A stretch of DNA of 63,848 nucleotides, the filler included, from Choristocarpus tenellus KU-1152 (taxonomy: Eukaryota; Protista; Phaeophyceae), in NCBI GenBank assembly GCA_964200185.2. It is 13 parts of 13 records of this genome, joined end to end, with 100 filler letters (N's around TTAATTAATTAA, not from the genome) between each part and the next. Parts side by side here need not be neighbours in the genome. Positions count along the whole stretch, not along the records: positions 50,626 to 55,945 come from CAXNAD020011170.1; positions 56,046 to 60,619 come from CAXNAD020013960.1; positions 60,720 to 63,848 come from CAXNAD020022112.1; 10 more parts are not named here. One strand, written 5' to 3'. Within the stretch, counting starts at the first letter, position 1. Every line of letters begins with the position of its first letter. Under the pieces are notes generated by a model, which was not told the origin of the DNA, made no database searches, and saw only the letters and a program-made list of their open reading frames with translations. Below, in pieces: positions 50,626 through 63,749 of the stretch. The position numbers and the translations under genes are program-made.

Positions 50626-53600
50626 GAGCACTTGCAGAAGTGCTCTCAAAAATAGCCCCAAACTCTGACATAGTGCGCAGAAGTCGTTTGAAGACAACCT
50701 CATCCTTGTCCACATCCAAATCACGCCACAAAAAGCGCAAATAGCCAACAGTCAGTCTCCCTGTGGTACAGAAGGTATCATGGACATGCGTAAGATCGCA
50801 AAAATCCACACCAGGATGGCGATCAAATTCCTTGAGCTGTTCCATCCAATAGGCCTTCTGTTCTTGATCTGCCAATCTGTGATCCAAGATTGCCCGGAGA
50901 GGCTTGTTCAGCCAAGATGGGTCAAGATAGAGTATTCCACATGACAGCAGGAATGTACCCTCCGTCTGGTTCAGTTCAACCGCATCCTGCGAATCATCAA
51001 AAAGGTGATCAAATTGCATCACAAAACAAAAAAATAGACAAAAAAATGTTAACACTTGTCATTGTCTGACCTTTCAGTGTACGGGTTCAAAACGTTATCT
51101 AAAACATTGTTCTCAATTAAAGAGTTACACCATTTGACCTCACATGTAAGTGGTATCCCTATTAGTCTATTCACTTGACTAACTGTGGTAAAAATACAGC
51201 AAGCAGTCCCCAACAAGAAAAATTGAAAAAAAGTATAAAATAACCCAATTCATCCAAACACAAAGTGAAATCAAGTATAGAAAGCCTGAAATGCATGCAT
51301 AGCAACAACTCCAGTTGGGACAAAATGAAAGACAGAAACAGGTAAAATGAATCTCCAATATCCACTGCAGACATGATACAGTCAACTCCTTTTAATTTCA
51401 CTTTGCACCAAACAAATTCACCAACACAACAATATCAAGCCTTCCTCAAAATCAAATCATGCCATCATTCTACAAAACCCTCTCATTATTTAATAAGTTA
51501 ATGTACCCCTGGTCTGGTTGAACTCAATCGGATCCAAAAATCAGGACACACTTGGTCATGGACCTACAAAATAAAAATAAATTATAGAACTTGCAAGATG
51601 AAAGTCAGAACTACTAAGTAAACCAACCCAAATTCTTTGAAAGGTTGCAAAATCAATCTTTGTAACATTGTTAAAACACAAATCCTACCCAATCTCAACA
51701 TTAATGTTTCGTAAGCATGGAAATCCAGTAAACCAACTTTAACACCACTCTCCACTATGACAACTCATTTGCACAAAAATAAAATATGGCAGTAGCAAGC
51801 CTTCCTTAATGACACAATATACCATCATTCTACTAAATTCCATCTTGGTACTTATCTCTTACCTTTTTCAAGAAGATAACATCAGTAAGCTGTTCATGAA
51901 AGGGACAGTAGGAGAAGTTCCACAAAAGTTTAGAAATAGTTCTAGTGATGTCTCACGAGGTATAATTTTTTTCAATATTAACATTAAAGGTTGTAACCTC
52001 TTTAGAGGGTCTATATTTATAGAACCTGTACAACAGATACATTCAAAGATTACAGAAAAGTAGATGTCGCATTGCACTGCCAACACAACAGTTTCGCCTT
52101 ATTTGACATGCTAGTATTTCTTATAGAGAGTATCTTCATATCAAGAACATGCAATTTCCACAAGAAAAAATTTCAGGGATCAAAAGTTTGGAGGGTAGAA
52201 ACAGAATTGACTAACTCTCTGTTTAATCCATATAATTTCAACAGTGCATCGTGCCAAATACCATTCAAAAATTACCCTCACACTCTCCTCCATTTTCACA
52301 ATATCTTAGCTCTCTACCCGATTTGGAAATCAACATTCTGAGATATTCCAATTGGACAGTAAGATCAAAAATAAAATAATATCATTGTCACCTTATAACC
52401 CCTTCTAGAATCCTTAATGGACACGCGGTTGGTAAGAAATATACCTAACAGTACAATAATCAATAAATATAAATATATAATATGTTGGATTAAAGCGTAG
52501 GTTCTTTTTCGTAACAAATTAAATGTACCGAAAAATATAGACTCTTCCAAGACATATATTAACCCTAACCCTAACCCTATAGCGAAAAGATATATAGAAT
52601 CTTCCAAGACATATATTAACTCTATCCCTAACCCTATATATATATATATATATATATTACGCTAAGAGTACTTTATCCTTAGGACAAGTTAGAAATCAAA
52701 ACAAAATTCACCATATATAGTAACCATAACAGAAACGGTTGCATACCTTCAGATACGCAGTGACAGCAGCATCTTCTGCATCACCATCCCAGTTTCCCTC
52801 CTTCCAGATACCCTTCCATTTCCCAACAGCATCCTCCAAATGCAAATACGGCAACATCGTTTGACCTTCACCCTTGGCATGTGACACCTCACCCGGCTTG
52901 CGTGCTGCCCTCAAGGGGTCCAACCCATCACGTAGGGCAACCATCACAGCAGATGCCCTTGCCCATCCCATTGGGATAACCTTACCAACAGTGGGAAACA
53001 AACGAGTTCCATCTGGGCCAGGTCTAACTCCATGCATCACAACCTCCACAATCTTCTTTCGAACAGCATCCATCTTTTCTCCTCCTGACCGACACGATAC
53101 AGCCATCACTCCTGAGATGTAAAGATCTGCAGGTGGTTGAACCTCCTTCATTTCATCCACACCCAACTCCCCCTGCCGCTTAGAACAGACCTTTTCCATC
53201 TCTTCACGTTTGTCTTTCAAATGTTCACCAATCAAAAGATCAAGCTTCTTCATCGCACAGTCAACCTCATCGTCACTCTTCATACAGTCGATATGCGTCC
53301 CAACAACCAAAACAGACGAACCAGGCACCTTGCACAGCAGCAGATCAAGCCAGCTGTAGACAAGCTTACCTCCCTCTGACTCTTCATGATAGAACTTGTT
53401 GATGTCAACCACAAGAAGGTTTAAGGCGCCAGTGGTAAGAAAAAATGGACGCATGGAGTCGTACTCCTTGTGTGCGCCAAAGTCCCACATCATCAACTCT
53501 AGCGGCTCTTCACCATTCGGCTTCCAGGAGTGTACATCCACTCCACGAGTGCGATCTTCAAGAGTGGTCAAATAGGGCCGTCCATCCAACATACTCCGGG

Positions 53601-53811
53601 CAAGGCTGGTCTTGCCTGCACAAACCTCGCCAACAAGAACCACCTTCAGCCTGTAGGACTTAGTCGACCCAGAGAGTTCAAGAGCCTCGTAATATCGAAC
53701 AATTGCCTCCAAACCACTTGACACAACCTCTGCTGGAGGACTAACCCATCGGTTATGAGAAAAATCATGGTATGCATGATCTAAGCCGTATTGCTGCCTC
53801 CTTTGAGAAAA
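50626..53811 (-). CDS. ROCO family GTPase (ROC-COR); exons 53811-52747 and 50986-contig end
   Basis: NRWVSPPAEVV..GLEAIVRYY linker, KVVLVGEVCAGKTSL (P-loop), RTRGVDV, WDFGAH, VVGTHID; COR segment GILYLDPSWLNKPLRAILDH; phase-0 join. Confidence 0.9.
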
Positions 53812-56768
53812 CTGATAAGAATAAAGTAAAATATACCCGACACAGAAGGAAGACACATTAAGAGTTAGATAAAAGATTGTAAAGCAATGACACAAAACAA
53901 AGAGTTATAAAAAGAACTTCCACCACATTCAACATCTTCCCAACTTCATATACTACATAATATATTACTTAACTGCAGAAATATTATCAGTAGCAAGCAT
54001 CACTGACAAGCATGGCCCAAGTTCGAAATTACCACAGATACCAAATCAGGAGTGGATTGATAAAGCATGCAAAACGAAAAACACATTTATTCTTACAATC
54101 ACAAATTATCAATCACCTTCTATCCTCAGACTAACCAACCATCTTCAACCAACCTGGACACAACTACGCCATACACAAACGAGAGCAAAAAGAGACCCCT
54201 ACCACAAAATAAAATACCTCCTCAACTATCCTGCCCTGACTAATACAACCACAACAAATATGCCTACATTCCTATACATTTATGAGCAAAAAATGTTTTT
54301 TAGTAAAAACAAAAAAAATCACAAAATTATTTACTCGAACATGATTTAGTTACTGCACAGTCCGTATGAAAAAGTGACAATACTCACAATATATATTCTA
54401 GAAACACCAACAACGGGAGTGTAGAACCTCAAACAAAAAGTTTTTAACACAAATGAAAACAAAAAATAATCTTAAAATGACACAAAAATGCATTCTATTG
54501 TTCACAGACAAAAATGTATGGGTTTTCTATTTGTAGTAATGGTTAGCTTTCACTACATCATAAAAAAGAGTTTATCATACCACGAGCACCTTTGATCACA
54601 TACGGAACAAAAATATGTTGACTAGAAAATTCAAAAATCTCTCTACCGAAAGCTAAAATGATACTATTTAACCTAACCTTCCTAAATTGTATCAATTGAT
54701 ATCAGTGCAAATCTACATGCACCTACAACTTGACCACTTCAGAAGCACAGCCACACTAGTTTTTTTCCTTATATTAATATATATATTGGTTTTGTAATCT
54801 TTACCGTTCTCCTTATATTGAGCAACACCCTCCATGGAACCATTTCTCAACGTGTGGTGCAAGTGACTTATCAAAGAATACAGAAACTATAGAACATTTT
54901 GTTTTGGGAGACATAAGTGCAGAAAAATATATTTTTCAAATGGGCATGACAGTGTGTGGTTTAAACGTACCAATGCTTCTCTGATTCTCAAGTGCCAGAC
55001 ATAAACATTATGTTTGCAATTATATTAGGGTATGCAATAAAATAAAGATAATCAAATCAATTCATAGAGATTTCAAGAAACTTGAAATATGACAAATCAA
55101 AACGACAAGCCAGAGATAAGCTGACAATCAATGCCTTCCAACAGATGCTCTAAAAGATTTCATTTCAATTATCAATGCCTCAGAGAGGATGTTATGCTTT
55201 TGCTCATTCACTGATTTAACAAAAAAAATAATTGATACTTTGCTTTCAGCAATATATTATGTACACAGAACATTTTAAAGTAGAAAAGGTTTTGTTGAGG
55301 GAGTGTAGCAGAATTTATCTTAGGAAGTTACAATTTACACAGAAATATGTTTCATCGGATTTTGAATACATGTGCCAACATATTTTGCTTGTAAACATCA
55401 CATAAACACAAACAAGATAGAAATTGGAACACCAATCTACTAGTACTGCATGTTCTGTCCGAATCGCTCTGGTCACAAATACTTTGGTGCAAGAGGTAAC
55501 TCGCGATCACCACTTCAAGATGGGTTAATCTAAAGCATAAACCAAGCCTGACGGACGCTTTTCAGAGGTAGATGTCAAAGCTGAGACACACTCAACCGAT
55601 CACAACGACTAAAGGTCCAGTTCTCGCACAGCGTCACTCTTGTAGAGTTTTGTCTACCCCACCTCAAAAGACCTTTCGATATAGGTTGTGTTCCATCTCC
55701 CTTCACAAGAATCCCCAAAATCAAACCTTAGAAGACGAGCCCTCGCGTCATCGTAAAAATCAATTTCTTGTCGCTTACAAAAGGAGTCGAGGTGCCATAT
55801 TCCCCTACAAATATTAACACACGCCTCATCGTTGACCTTCAAAAACGGCAGAAGTCAAGTATGACCTCATGTACACATACCACATTCCTTCCTATGACCA
55901 CTAATGCGGACAAAACCTCGACCAATACTATTTGATTTTAACCTCNNNNNNNNNNNNNNNNNNNNNNNNNNNNNNNNNNNNNNNNNNNNTTAATTAATTA
56001 ANNNNNNNNNNNNNNNNNNNNNNNNNNNNNNNNNNNNNNNNNNNNTCCTTAAAAAGTGCCGCAACATTTACAAAATAAAACATATCGGCACTCTTTCCGC
56101 ACCGTTTTCGGTCAAAACCATCCTCAACAGTATGCTCCATCCTCAATTTTTAAAATCCACTGTTAGTTGTCTTTGTGGTGAACTTGCTCCTAGAGCACTA
56201 AAACAACAGGGTGCTGCACCCAAGTGGATTAATAGCAATTTTCCCATACCTCGTATCCATGGATAAGATATATATGTATGGGCATCACACCGAGTACATG
56301 CACTTCCGCTATCTTATTTTTCTGTGATTGACCCCCTAAATATTGGGGAAGGGCATTCATTACGCAATAATTTACTTCCTATTATATGGAAAGTACGTAA
56401 ACAGAAAAAACATCCCCCAACCCAAACGCACTACTTGTTTGTGCCCTCCAAGCCAATGAATGGCATGAAAAAGGTCGACGAGGACCTGTTCGTCAATATC
56501 CGTAAGACCAGGGGTAGCAGTGAAGCAACCTCAATTGCGATGATCTTACACTCAACTACTATGTTACTGTGATGTTATGCTCACAATCATCCTTATACTA
56601 CTGAAGAAAACGAGGATACCCACGATCAACCTATCCACGATCAACATCCATTGCGATTACCTTCCACGCAACTACTATGATACTTACTGTAACGTTGTGC
56701 TCACACACTGAGCCCCTTTTTAATAAAAAAGAGAATTACCGAGATATACTGGCCGAAATCAACCTCAT

Positions 56769-56848
56769 TGACCAGGGTGGGATTCGAACCCACGCGTTTT
56801 CACACTGCGGCCTTAACACAGCTCCTTAGACCGCTCGGACACCTGGTC
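56769..56848 (-). tRNA. tRNA-Leu(AAG)
   Basis: GACCAGG acceptor stem, TGTCCGAGCGGTCTAAGG D-arm, CTGTG-TTAAGGC-CGCAG anticodon arm, long variable arm, GGTTCGAATCC T-loop; T-run terminator about 40 nt downstream. Confidence 0.93.
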
Positions 56849-58439
56849 ATACATTCTTACACTATTACCGGAGTTTGATCTCTTTCGAAGTATTTTATAT
56901 GGCTCGAACCCCTTCAACGCCGCACCCTTTTTCACAGAAATCTCGTTTCGATTATCCAATTCCACATGGCAGGCACAAGGGTTGTATACCTTCACTATCG
57001 TGTCTGTGGCCATACCAGAATAATACCTGACCAGGATCAAAGTTGAAACTCCCAAGGTGGATTCAGTCGATGATTTGAGGAAGGAGAGGGAGTGACAGCA
57101 GTAGGAGTGCTGAACTCAATACACTAGTAGTGCTGAGAACCGAGTAAACGAGAGATAACCAAGTTAAATTTTAAATCCTGACAAATCTGTACAAAAATTG
57201 GACTTTTTACAAATGCGTGTTGGAACTTTTCTGAATCCTGTCGATAAATTTTAAAAAAGAGAAATCAACGCTCTCAAGTCAAACTTACGACTTCACCTCA
57301 CAAATATGGGTGGATTCCAAAGGTTGAAAAAACTGGCTTACAACGCGAAACGGCCAAAACCTGGGTGCCTCTCGTTTACTTTGGCCCTGACCCCAGCTCA
57401 TAGTGAGCTCCGACCACTGAGCATGCTGACCAATCAATGCCTCGAACAAATGGCTATTTTTTCCCTTGAATTAGGAAGGAAGTTGTCCGAGTATCCTCTC
57501 GATCTTCTGTTCCTTTAACTCCAATTTTTTGTCCCTTCGTTGTGGAGTCTCTAAATACTCCACGTGCTTGATGACAATGATCTTGGTGAATCTGGAACAA
57601 GCCTTAGATGCTTTTCTCGCCATATCCACCCTCCATGTCGAACAATGAGGACACAGGCACTATGCTGACCTTTCCCTAGGCGTTGGCTATGCTAGTACTC
57701 TCGTAGATCAGTCACTAAGGAGGCTGTTCCCTGCATGAATTTCACAGATTTGTACCTCGTTGACGACAAAACTCTTTTTTTGGAAATCTGGCCTTAGATT
57801 ATCCAATTCATCGTGGTAGGCACACGGATTGCGCACATATGCTATTCTGTCTGTAACTAAAATACCAAAAAAATGCAGAACCAAGATCGAGATGGCAATG
57901 TCGAGACGGGTCCGGCATGAGATTTGAGGGAGGAGGCGGAGCAATGAGCAATGGGATTGCGAAGCCGTATGCATGAAAAGCAAGGCAGGAACAGGCGCTG
58001 TGCGATTAGTTCTAACGCAGGGTTTAGTTACAATAGTTTGAATAAGAAATGGTGTAGAATGTAGTGCCTCTGACAATGCGTCGGCAGATTCCCCGGAACA
58101 AAGTGGAAACAAATATGATTAGTAAGGGTTGACCGGTAATGGAAATAAAGATTTTTCATGCATATTATCGTTCGCATCACTACTACTACTACTACTTTAG
58201 CTCTTGTACCCAAATAATTACTACAAGTCACCTCTCTGTAGTATCAGTCAGCAATTTGGAGAGGTTGATCCTTGTTAAAAACTCTAGCTTCCCTCCCTTT
58301 TGTAGTGCAAGTCCTTGCAGAAGTAATCGTTACCTGTAACGCATTCTCTCCTTAAAGATGTCTTGGGGAAGTTGAACTTGTTCCTACAATAGTATTTTTC
58401 GAGGAAGCTGTTGTGTATATCCACAACGACAGTCACAAA

Positions 58440-59715
58440 CATGATTGTATTGTATTTTATTATTGCGGCCTCTGAAATTTTGCAGATGTGTCAGGAGAAA
58501 CGACCAACCAAAATCACAAGGACCCCCCATAAAGTAACAGTTGTCGAAAATGTGAAAGATGTCTCTCCAAAAATTATTTTCTACTCCAGTATTTGAATAC
58601 TAGCTATGCAGCACTGCTCCCTTCAAGGATGGTAATTACAATATAATGTGTCCACTGTTGGAATACCTCTATCCTAGCTTAGCCCTACACAACTGGGTGA
58701 GAAACTAGGGGAGTATACAAAGAAGCCCCATCTTGCCCAACTGTCTGGTGTCTCTAACCCTAAAACTCATCTAATAAACTTTCTGCTTACTTACTGAGGT
58801 CCTGGTAAGGTCTATGGAAGAGTCTTAATGTACGCTGTTGAAGGAAGTTTTTCCATCCAGGCTAATCACACATTCTTCACACTCATACTTTAGGTGAATA
58901 CTGAGTAGGGTACACTCAACCCTATTTCGGGCCTCTACTCCAAACTGCCCCATTCCGCCAAAGTGTTCCTCAAGGCAGGGGTAACAGTCTCCACAGAAGG
59001 CTGAAGCACATGCCATTCTAAAGAAGGAGCCACAGGCGAGTAGGCAGCACTTCTCTCCAATTGCAGACAGTCTGGAGGTGGTGTAGAGCTTCCAAAACTC
59101 TCGAGGGTAAAGAGTCTGGGAAGGTTTAGGCAAGCTTCCAGGCTCAAAGTAGCTGGGGGGGGGTGGCGGCTGTCCATTTGGGGTCAATTTTTTCATGTCG
59201 CGATGTTTGGGTGATTTGGTTGCATACACCGGATGGATAATGTGAGTGCACTTTCCTGGTTATGACCCAAATGAACACGCTGGTGTAGACCCCCCCCACA
59301 CACACCAGATACTTCGCGTCCCATAGGTTAGCGAACACATCTTCCCTCCAGACCATGTGTCTGTTGTTATTCTGTCCTTAGCTTCCATTAAAGCTTGCCT
59401 TAGCTCTTTCAGGTTCCCATTGGGGTGTTTGGGAACCAGTACCCCCAACATCTCATCCGTCCCTGGGGCTCTGGGCTGTGCTAGGAGAACCCTTGCCCCC
59501 TTTAAGATTCCCCCATGAATTTGATCGGGTGCTGCAGTCCATTCCTTGTGGGATTTGTGGTCATCTTCTTAGGGCTACTAGCGTCTGTTGGTCCTATGGG
59601 ATCGGCTACTAATAGCCAAGTGGCTAACTCCTGGATGTTCCCTGATGCTAAACGTGTGAACTGTTCCTCCTTCAAGAACGTTTCATCATCAACCTTAGCC
59701 AGCAACAGGCGATAG
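58440..59715 (-). mobile_element. Internally deleted CRE-like retrotransposon (pre-RT region, RT 1-3, then 3' UTR), interrupted by a MITE
   Basis: Minus-strand peptides GARVLLAQP..GT.EMLGVLVPKHP, SAIGE, GQFGVEARNRVE...VISLDGKTSFNSVH; 58440-58801 is the reverse complement of the 13085-13506 3' end. Confidence 0.75.
59141..59320 (+). mobile_element. MITE family A, full length, TSD CCA, nested in the CRE-like element
   Basis: GGCTCAAAGTAGCTG...CAGATACTTCGCGTC with CCA on both flanks. Confidence 0.9.
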
Positions 59716-59729
59716 ACCAGGTGGAGGAG

Positions 59730-60045
59730 TTTGGACGCCCTGGCAAACCCTACAGAGGGAGGAATGGTTCACCCGTCTAGAGTGAAGGAAAATCCAGGAG
59801 TTAACCACATGGCTGCTAGTATCCGGTCCCAGAGGACTAGCACACGCCATCCATGACTCTAGGAGCTGAAGGAGATGACCCCAAATCCCACCAGGAAAGG
59901 GCCACAGCACCCAATCAACAACATGGAGGTTTCTCCAAGGGGGCAAGGGTTCTCCTAGCACAGCCCAGAGTCCCAGGGACGGGCGAGATGTTGGGGGTAC
60001 TGGTTCCCAAACACCCCAACGAGAACCCATATGAGCTAAGGACAG
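59730..60045 (+). mobile_element. Inverted second copy of the CRE pre-RT segment
   Basis: Reverse complement of about 59396-59690; encodes KGARVLLAQPRVPGTGEMLGVLVPKHPN. Confidence 0.75.
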
Positions 60046-60473
60046 AATAACAATAGGCACAGGGTCTGGGGAACAAGGGTATATGAGGAGGAGTATAACC
60101 CTACCTCCCTCTGAACGGATTTCATACCAGTAAACACCAATTCTGCACCAGGCCTTGATGGGATGCACCCCAACCACATCAAATTAACCATCACCCATAA
60201 CACATCTTTGTCATGAAGAGGTGAACGAGGCGTTTGTTAAATCCTGGGAGCTTGTCCAATCTTCCCAACACTCTTTTCCTCTTATTTAGTGTCGTATTAT
60301 AATTTCGATTATTCGTATATAATATCTAGTCAATTCGTTACATCGCGCGCAGCACGCGCTAGTCAGATCTTGAGTGGAGTTGGACCATTTCTCAGCTTCT
60401 CCTTGTGATCACCAATTAGTGCTCGATCTAGTTGCTGGACTGACATCACCCCTCACGCTAGCCTCTGGCGAGG

Positions 60474-60619
60474 ATGGAGTTCGATCGGAATGCGATCGGA
60501 TCCCTGGAGGACCTAGAAAAAGAGTGGGATGGACTCGAGAAGGAGAGAGCAGCTGTGGAGACGCGTCTCCGCAACTTTGAATCTGCTGGAAGGGGTGGGT
60601 GGAGGGGCGGACGAGGGGG
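60474..60619 (+). CDS. 5' end of a gene, pinin-like N-terminal coiled coil followed by RGG
   Basis: MEFDRNAIGSLEDLEKEWDGLEKERAAVETRLRNFESAGRGGWRGGRG, truncated by the contig end; resembles plant pinin N-termini from memory. Confidence 0.45.
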
Positions 60620-63600
60620 NNNNNNNNNNNNNNNNNNNNNNNNNNNNNNNNNNNNNNNNNNNNTTAATTAATTAANNNNNNNNNNNNNNNNNNNNNNNNN
60701 NNNNNNNNNNNNNNNNNNNGGGGGGGGGGAGGGTTGGATCTCGTAGTCGTTATCTAACTATGAAAACCTGTATGTACTGTCAGAAAGTTGTGGATAAATT
60801 GAGTATGATTGTGAAGATTGCTTTGGGTCACAAACTCAGGTTTGAAAATGCATAAATTATGTATTGTTTTCAAAGTTGTATATATCTACCTTTGTGCAAT
60901 CTGTACCTTTGTCAAAATGAACATTTGTGCTGGAACATTTTTTATCCTGGAACCTGTCCTTGCTGTGCGAAGATTTTAGTATTTGTTTTATTCAAGTATT
61001 CATTTTTCCAAGCTTTGTTCAGTGTTGTGCTTATGTTTGAGGTACAGTCCATCAAATCTCTGAACCATTCTTAAACCTCATGCCCATCTCTAAACCTATG
61101 AAATCTAATTCATGACCGCCCCCCCTCCCCCCCCCTCTCTGCCCATCGCCCATTTATTCTTTAAAATATCTTGTGCTTTGTCCCTGGTCAGATGAGTAAA
61201 ATCTTTAACCTATCAAAGTATAAGTCAGTGTCCTCAGTCATAAGAGGTTCTCTCAGTTGTTTGATTGGCACAAGACTAGGCGGGTTTGATGGAGGTACAG
61301 CTGTACCTTGTTCGTGCATCATCTGTGGTGGTGGTTTCTGTTGCAGTGAAGTGGAGGGTGTGTGCTCGGCGGAAGGGTGTTGCCCTTCTATCTATGCATT
61401 CATCCAGCTGTTCCTCCACCCTCATCCCCCCCGCCTCTACATCCAGTTTCATTCTACCCAAAGTTGTGTTCTGGGAGGGTTTTCAATAGTGCATTTGAAG
61501 TGCCCTGACTTGACACGGATTGTAGTGGTGGGTCAGTTTTGAGGGCTCTTTGTGGGATATGGTTTTGGGAAGGAAGAGCAAGGGATTGATTGCAGTGGGC
61601 CTTGGCTGTTCCCCCAACTGGTGTAGCTTGACATAAACGTAATAGTTGTCTTTTGAACATCTGCAGAATATTTCTTTTTGCACTAGGCATGACAAAACCT
61701 CAAGTTTTCTATGTTTTCAGGCACAGTTGGATTGAAAGGACATTTAGGGCATTGTTGAAATTGACTTCCTTCCCTCCCCCTCTCCCCTGCAAGTGCTTGG
61801 TATCATATGTGTGTGGTAGTGTTAGTGGGCATTAACGTTTTTCATTAGTGCTTGATCTCACATCTGCATTTGTTCCTGAGGTTTCCTCTTCCAGGAGGGG
61901 GGGGGTTCATTACAGGAATGTGGCGTAGGTTTTTATCTGCTGACTCCTCCCCTTTATGTGATGGTGCTTGCTATGTTTCCATGGCAATATTGATAAATAG
62001 CATGGTGCAGAATGTGCTGTCACTCTTGCCTTCCTATTCTTACTGTCTTTGTGGGAGGGGGGGGGGGAGGAAGATCAACTGATTTACAAGGTTATCATCT
62101 GTATCATTTGTTTTCCTGATGCGCCTATACGTAAAGGAATTGGTGTTGTCGGTCAATGGTTGATGCAGGTTCGCTTGATGCTGCACTGACTGAAAATAGA
62201 AGACCAGTTTGTTGTGGGATGAGAGCAAAGTCCGCTTCATACAGTAGTTCAAGTGCACAAACCTGTTTAATGTCTTACAGCCTTCACTCATCGCTCTGCC
62301 TGGCATGGTGTGTGTTTGAGTACCCTGCTTTATTTCTCTGTACACTTTATTGTGAGGTGACACGAGAAAAAGGTTACATAGTGTGGGTATGATGCACACG
62401 GGCATGCTGTAGAAGGGTCCTCTCAGGGAAGAAACAGAATATAATAGTGCAATATTTCTACTGTTGACTTGACAGTAGGAGCTACTGTAGAGGGGCGAAA
62501 CAGGATTCAATCGTGGCAAGGTGCTGCAACCTGCCTGCTTTGGTGGGTAGGTTAGTTGCTTCATCCCGTATGGTTAGTGCCGGCATGAGTATATATCGTT
62601 CAATGTTTTTGAGTCCAAATGGGTGTGTTTGATACTTTTTTTTATTGGTTTGTATCTGTAATTGCAGGTAGGTTACATACATTTGGTTTGTGCATGGAAG
62701 GCGATGTCAATAGCAATGATCTTCTCGCCAACCCAGCACTGCAATGTCTGGGGCCAACTTGATAAGGTTGTTGCCAACAGTAGTAGTTGTCCATTATATA
62801 TATTTGCTACGACTATATTGATAGACCCGTCTTGCTTGGTATATTTTGCAAGAGAAGTGCCTGATCGATTGCGTTACTACTGTGTGAGAGGAGTCTACAT
62901 AATTTTTTTTTTAGTGAAGTAGCTGTTGTGTTCTTGTTGTAGACGAGCAGCGCATCACATAGTATGCACTGGCTGCGCATGGGCATTATTTGCTATTGTG
63001 GGGTGTTTTTGTTTCTACCATTTTTTGCATGGCTGTATGGCATCATCCTTACAAAGGGATGGTTACCTTGTTGGCTGATGTCCTGAGGTGTTGGTGTCCT
63101 TGGTGGGCAGACTTTTTTCCTTTTCGTGCCTCAGGTGATTTTTTCCCCCAGGTTTGCATGGTGTTCGTTTGGTCTGCACATTCTCCTCTCTACGTGTTGT
63201 ATATTAAGAGGGCTACACCCAAGGAAGTAGGCTGGTAGGCTGGAGGAGTGAGTGGTGCAAGTACTGTGGTATTATTGCTGTCCTCTGCGCTTCACTTGCA
63301 CTCATCCTGTTTTTGGTAGTGGTGCCTTTTCCCTAGGTATGATGATACATTAGTAATAATATCAATGAGAAGTAGAAGACGTACATACCACAAATGAAGA
63401 CCTGTGCGTCATCCCTGATATTGTGATTTTGATTGCCTCGAGTGGTGAAATGGTGGATCTGTGAAGGTGATTTTTGACCCTCTAGTGACAGTGCTTTCTT
63501 AGCAGTTGTATCCTTGTAAATAGGTTACACACTGGATGAATACGGGTATCTATTAAGTGTGACTCTGAGTAAGTGATTGCAGTGCCCTGGAGTATTGTGA

Positions 63601-63749
63601 TCACTCTCATGGTCACGCTGACCCCCTCAACTGGTTTATGATTATGACAGCCTGATCGGAGGGGGTGAATGCATGGACCTTGTATGACATTGCAAGGGGC
63701 TATGTTGCCACTGTACAACTGTCCTCAACGTTTGGGATGTCCCATCAGT

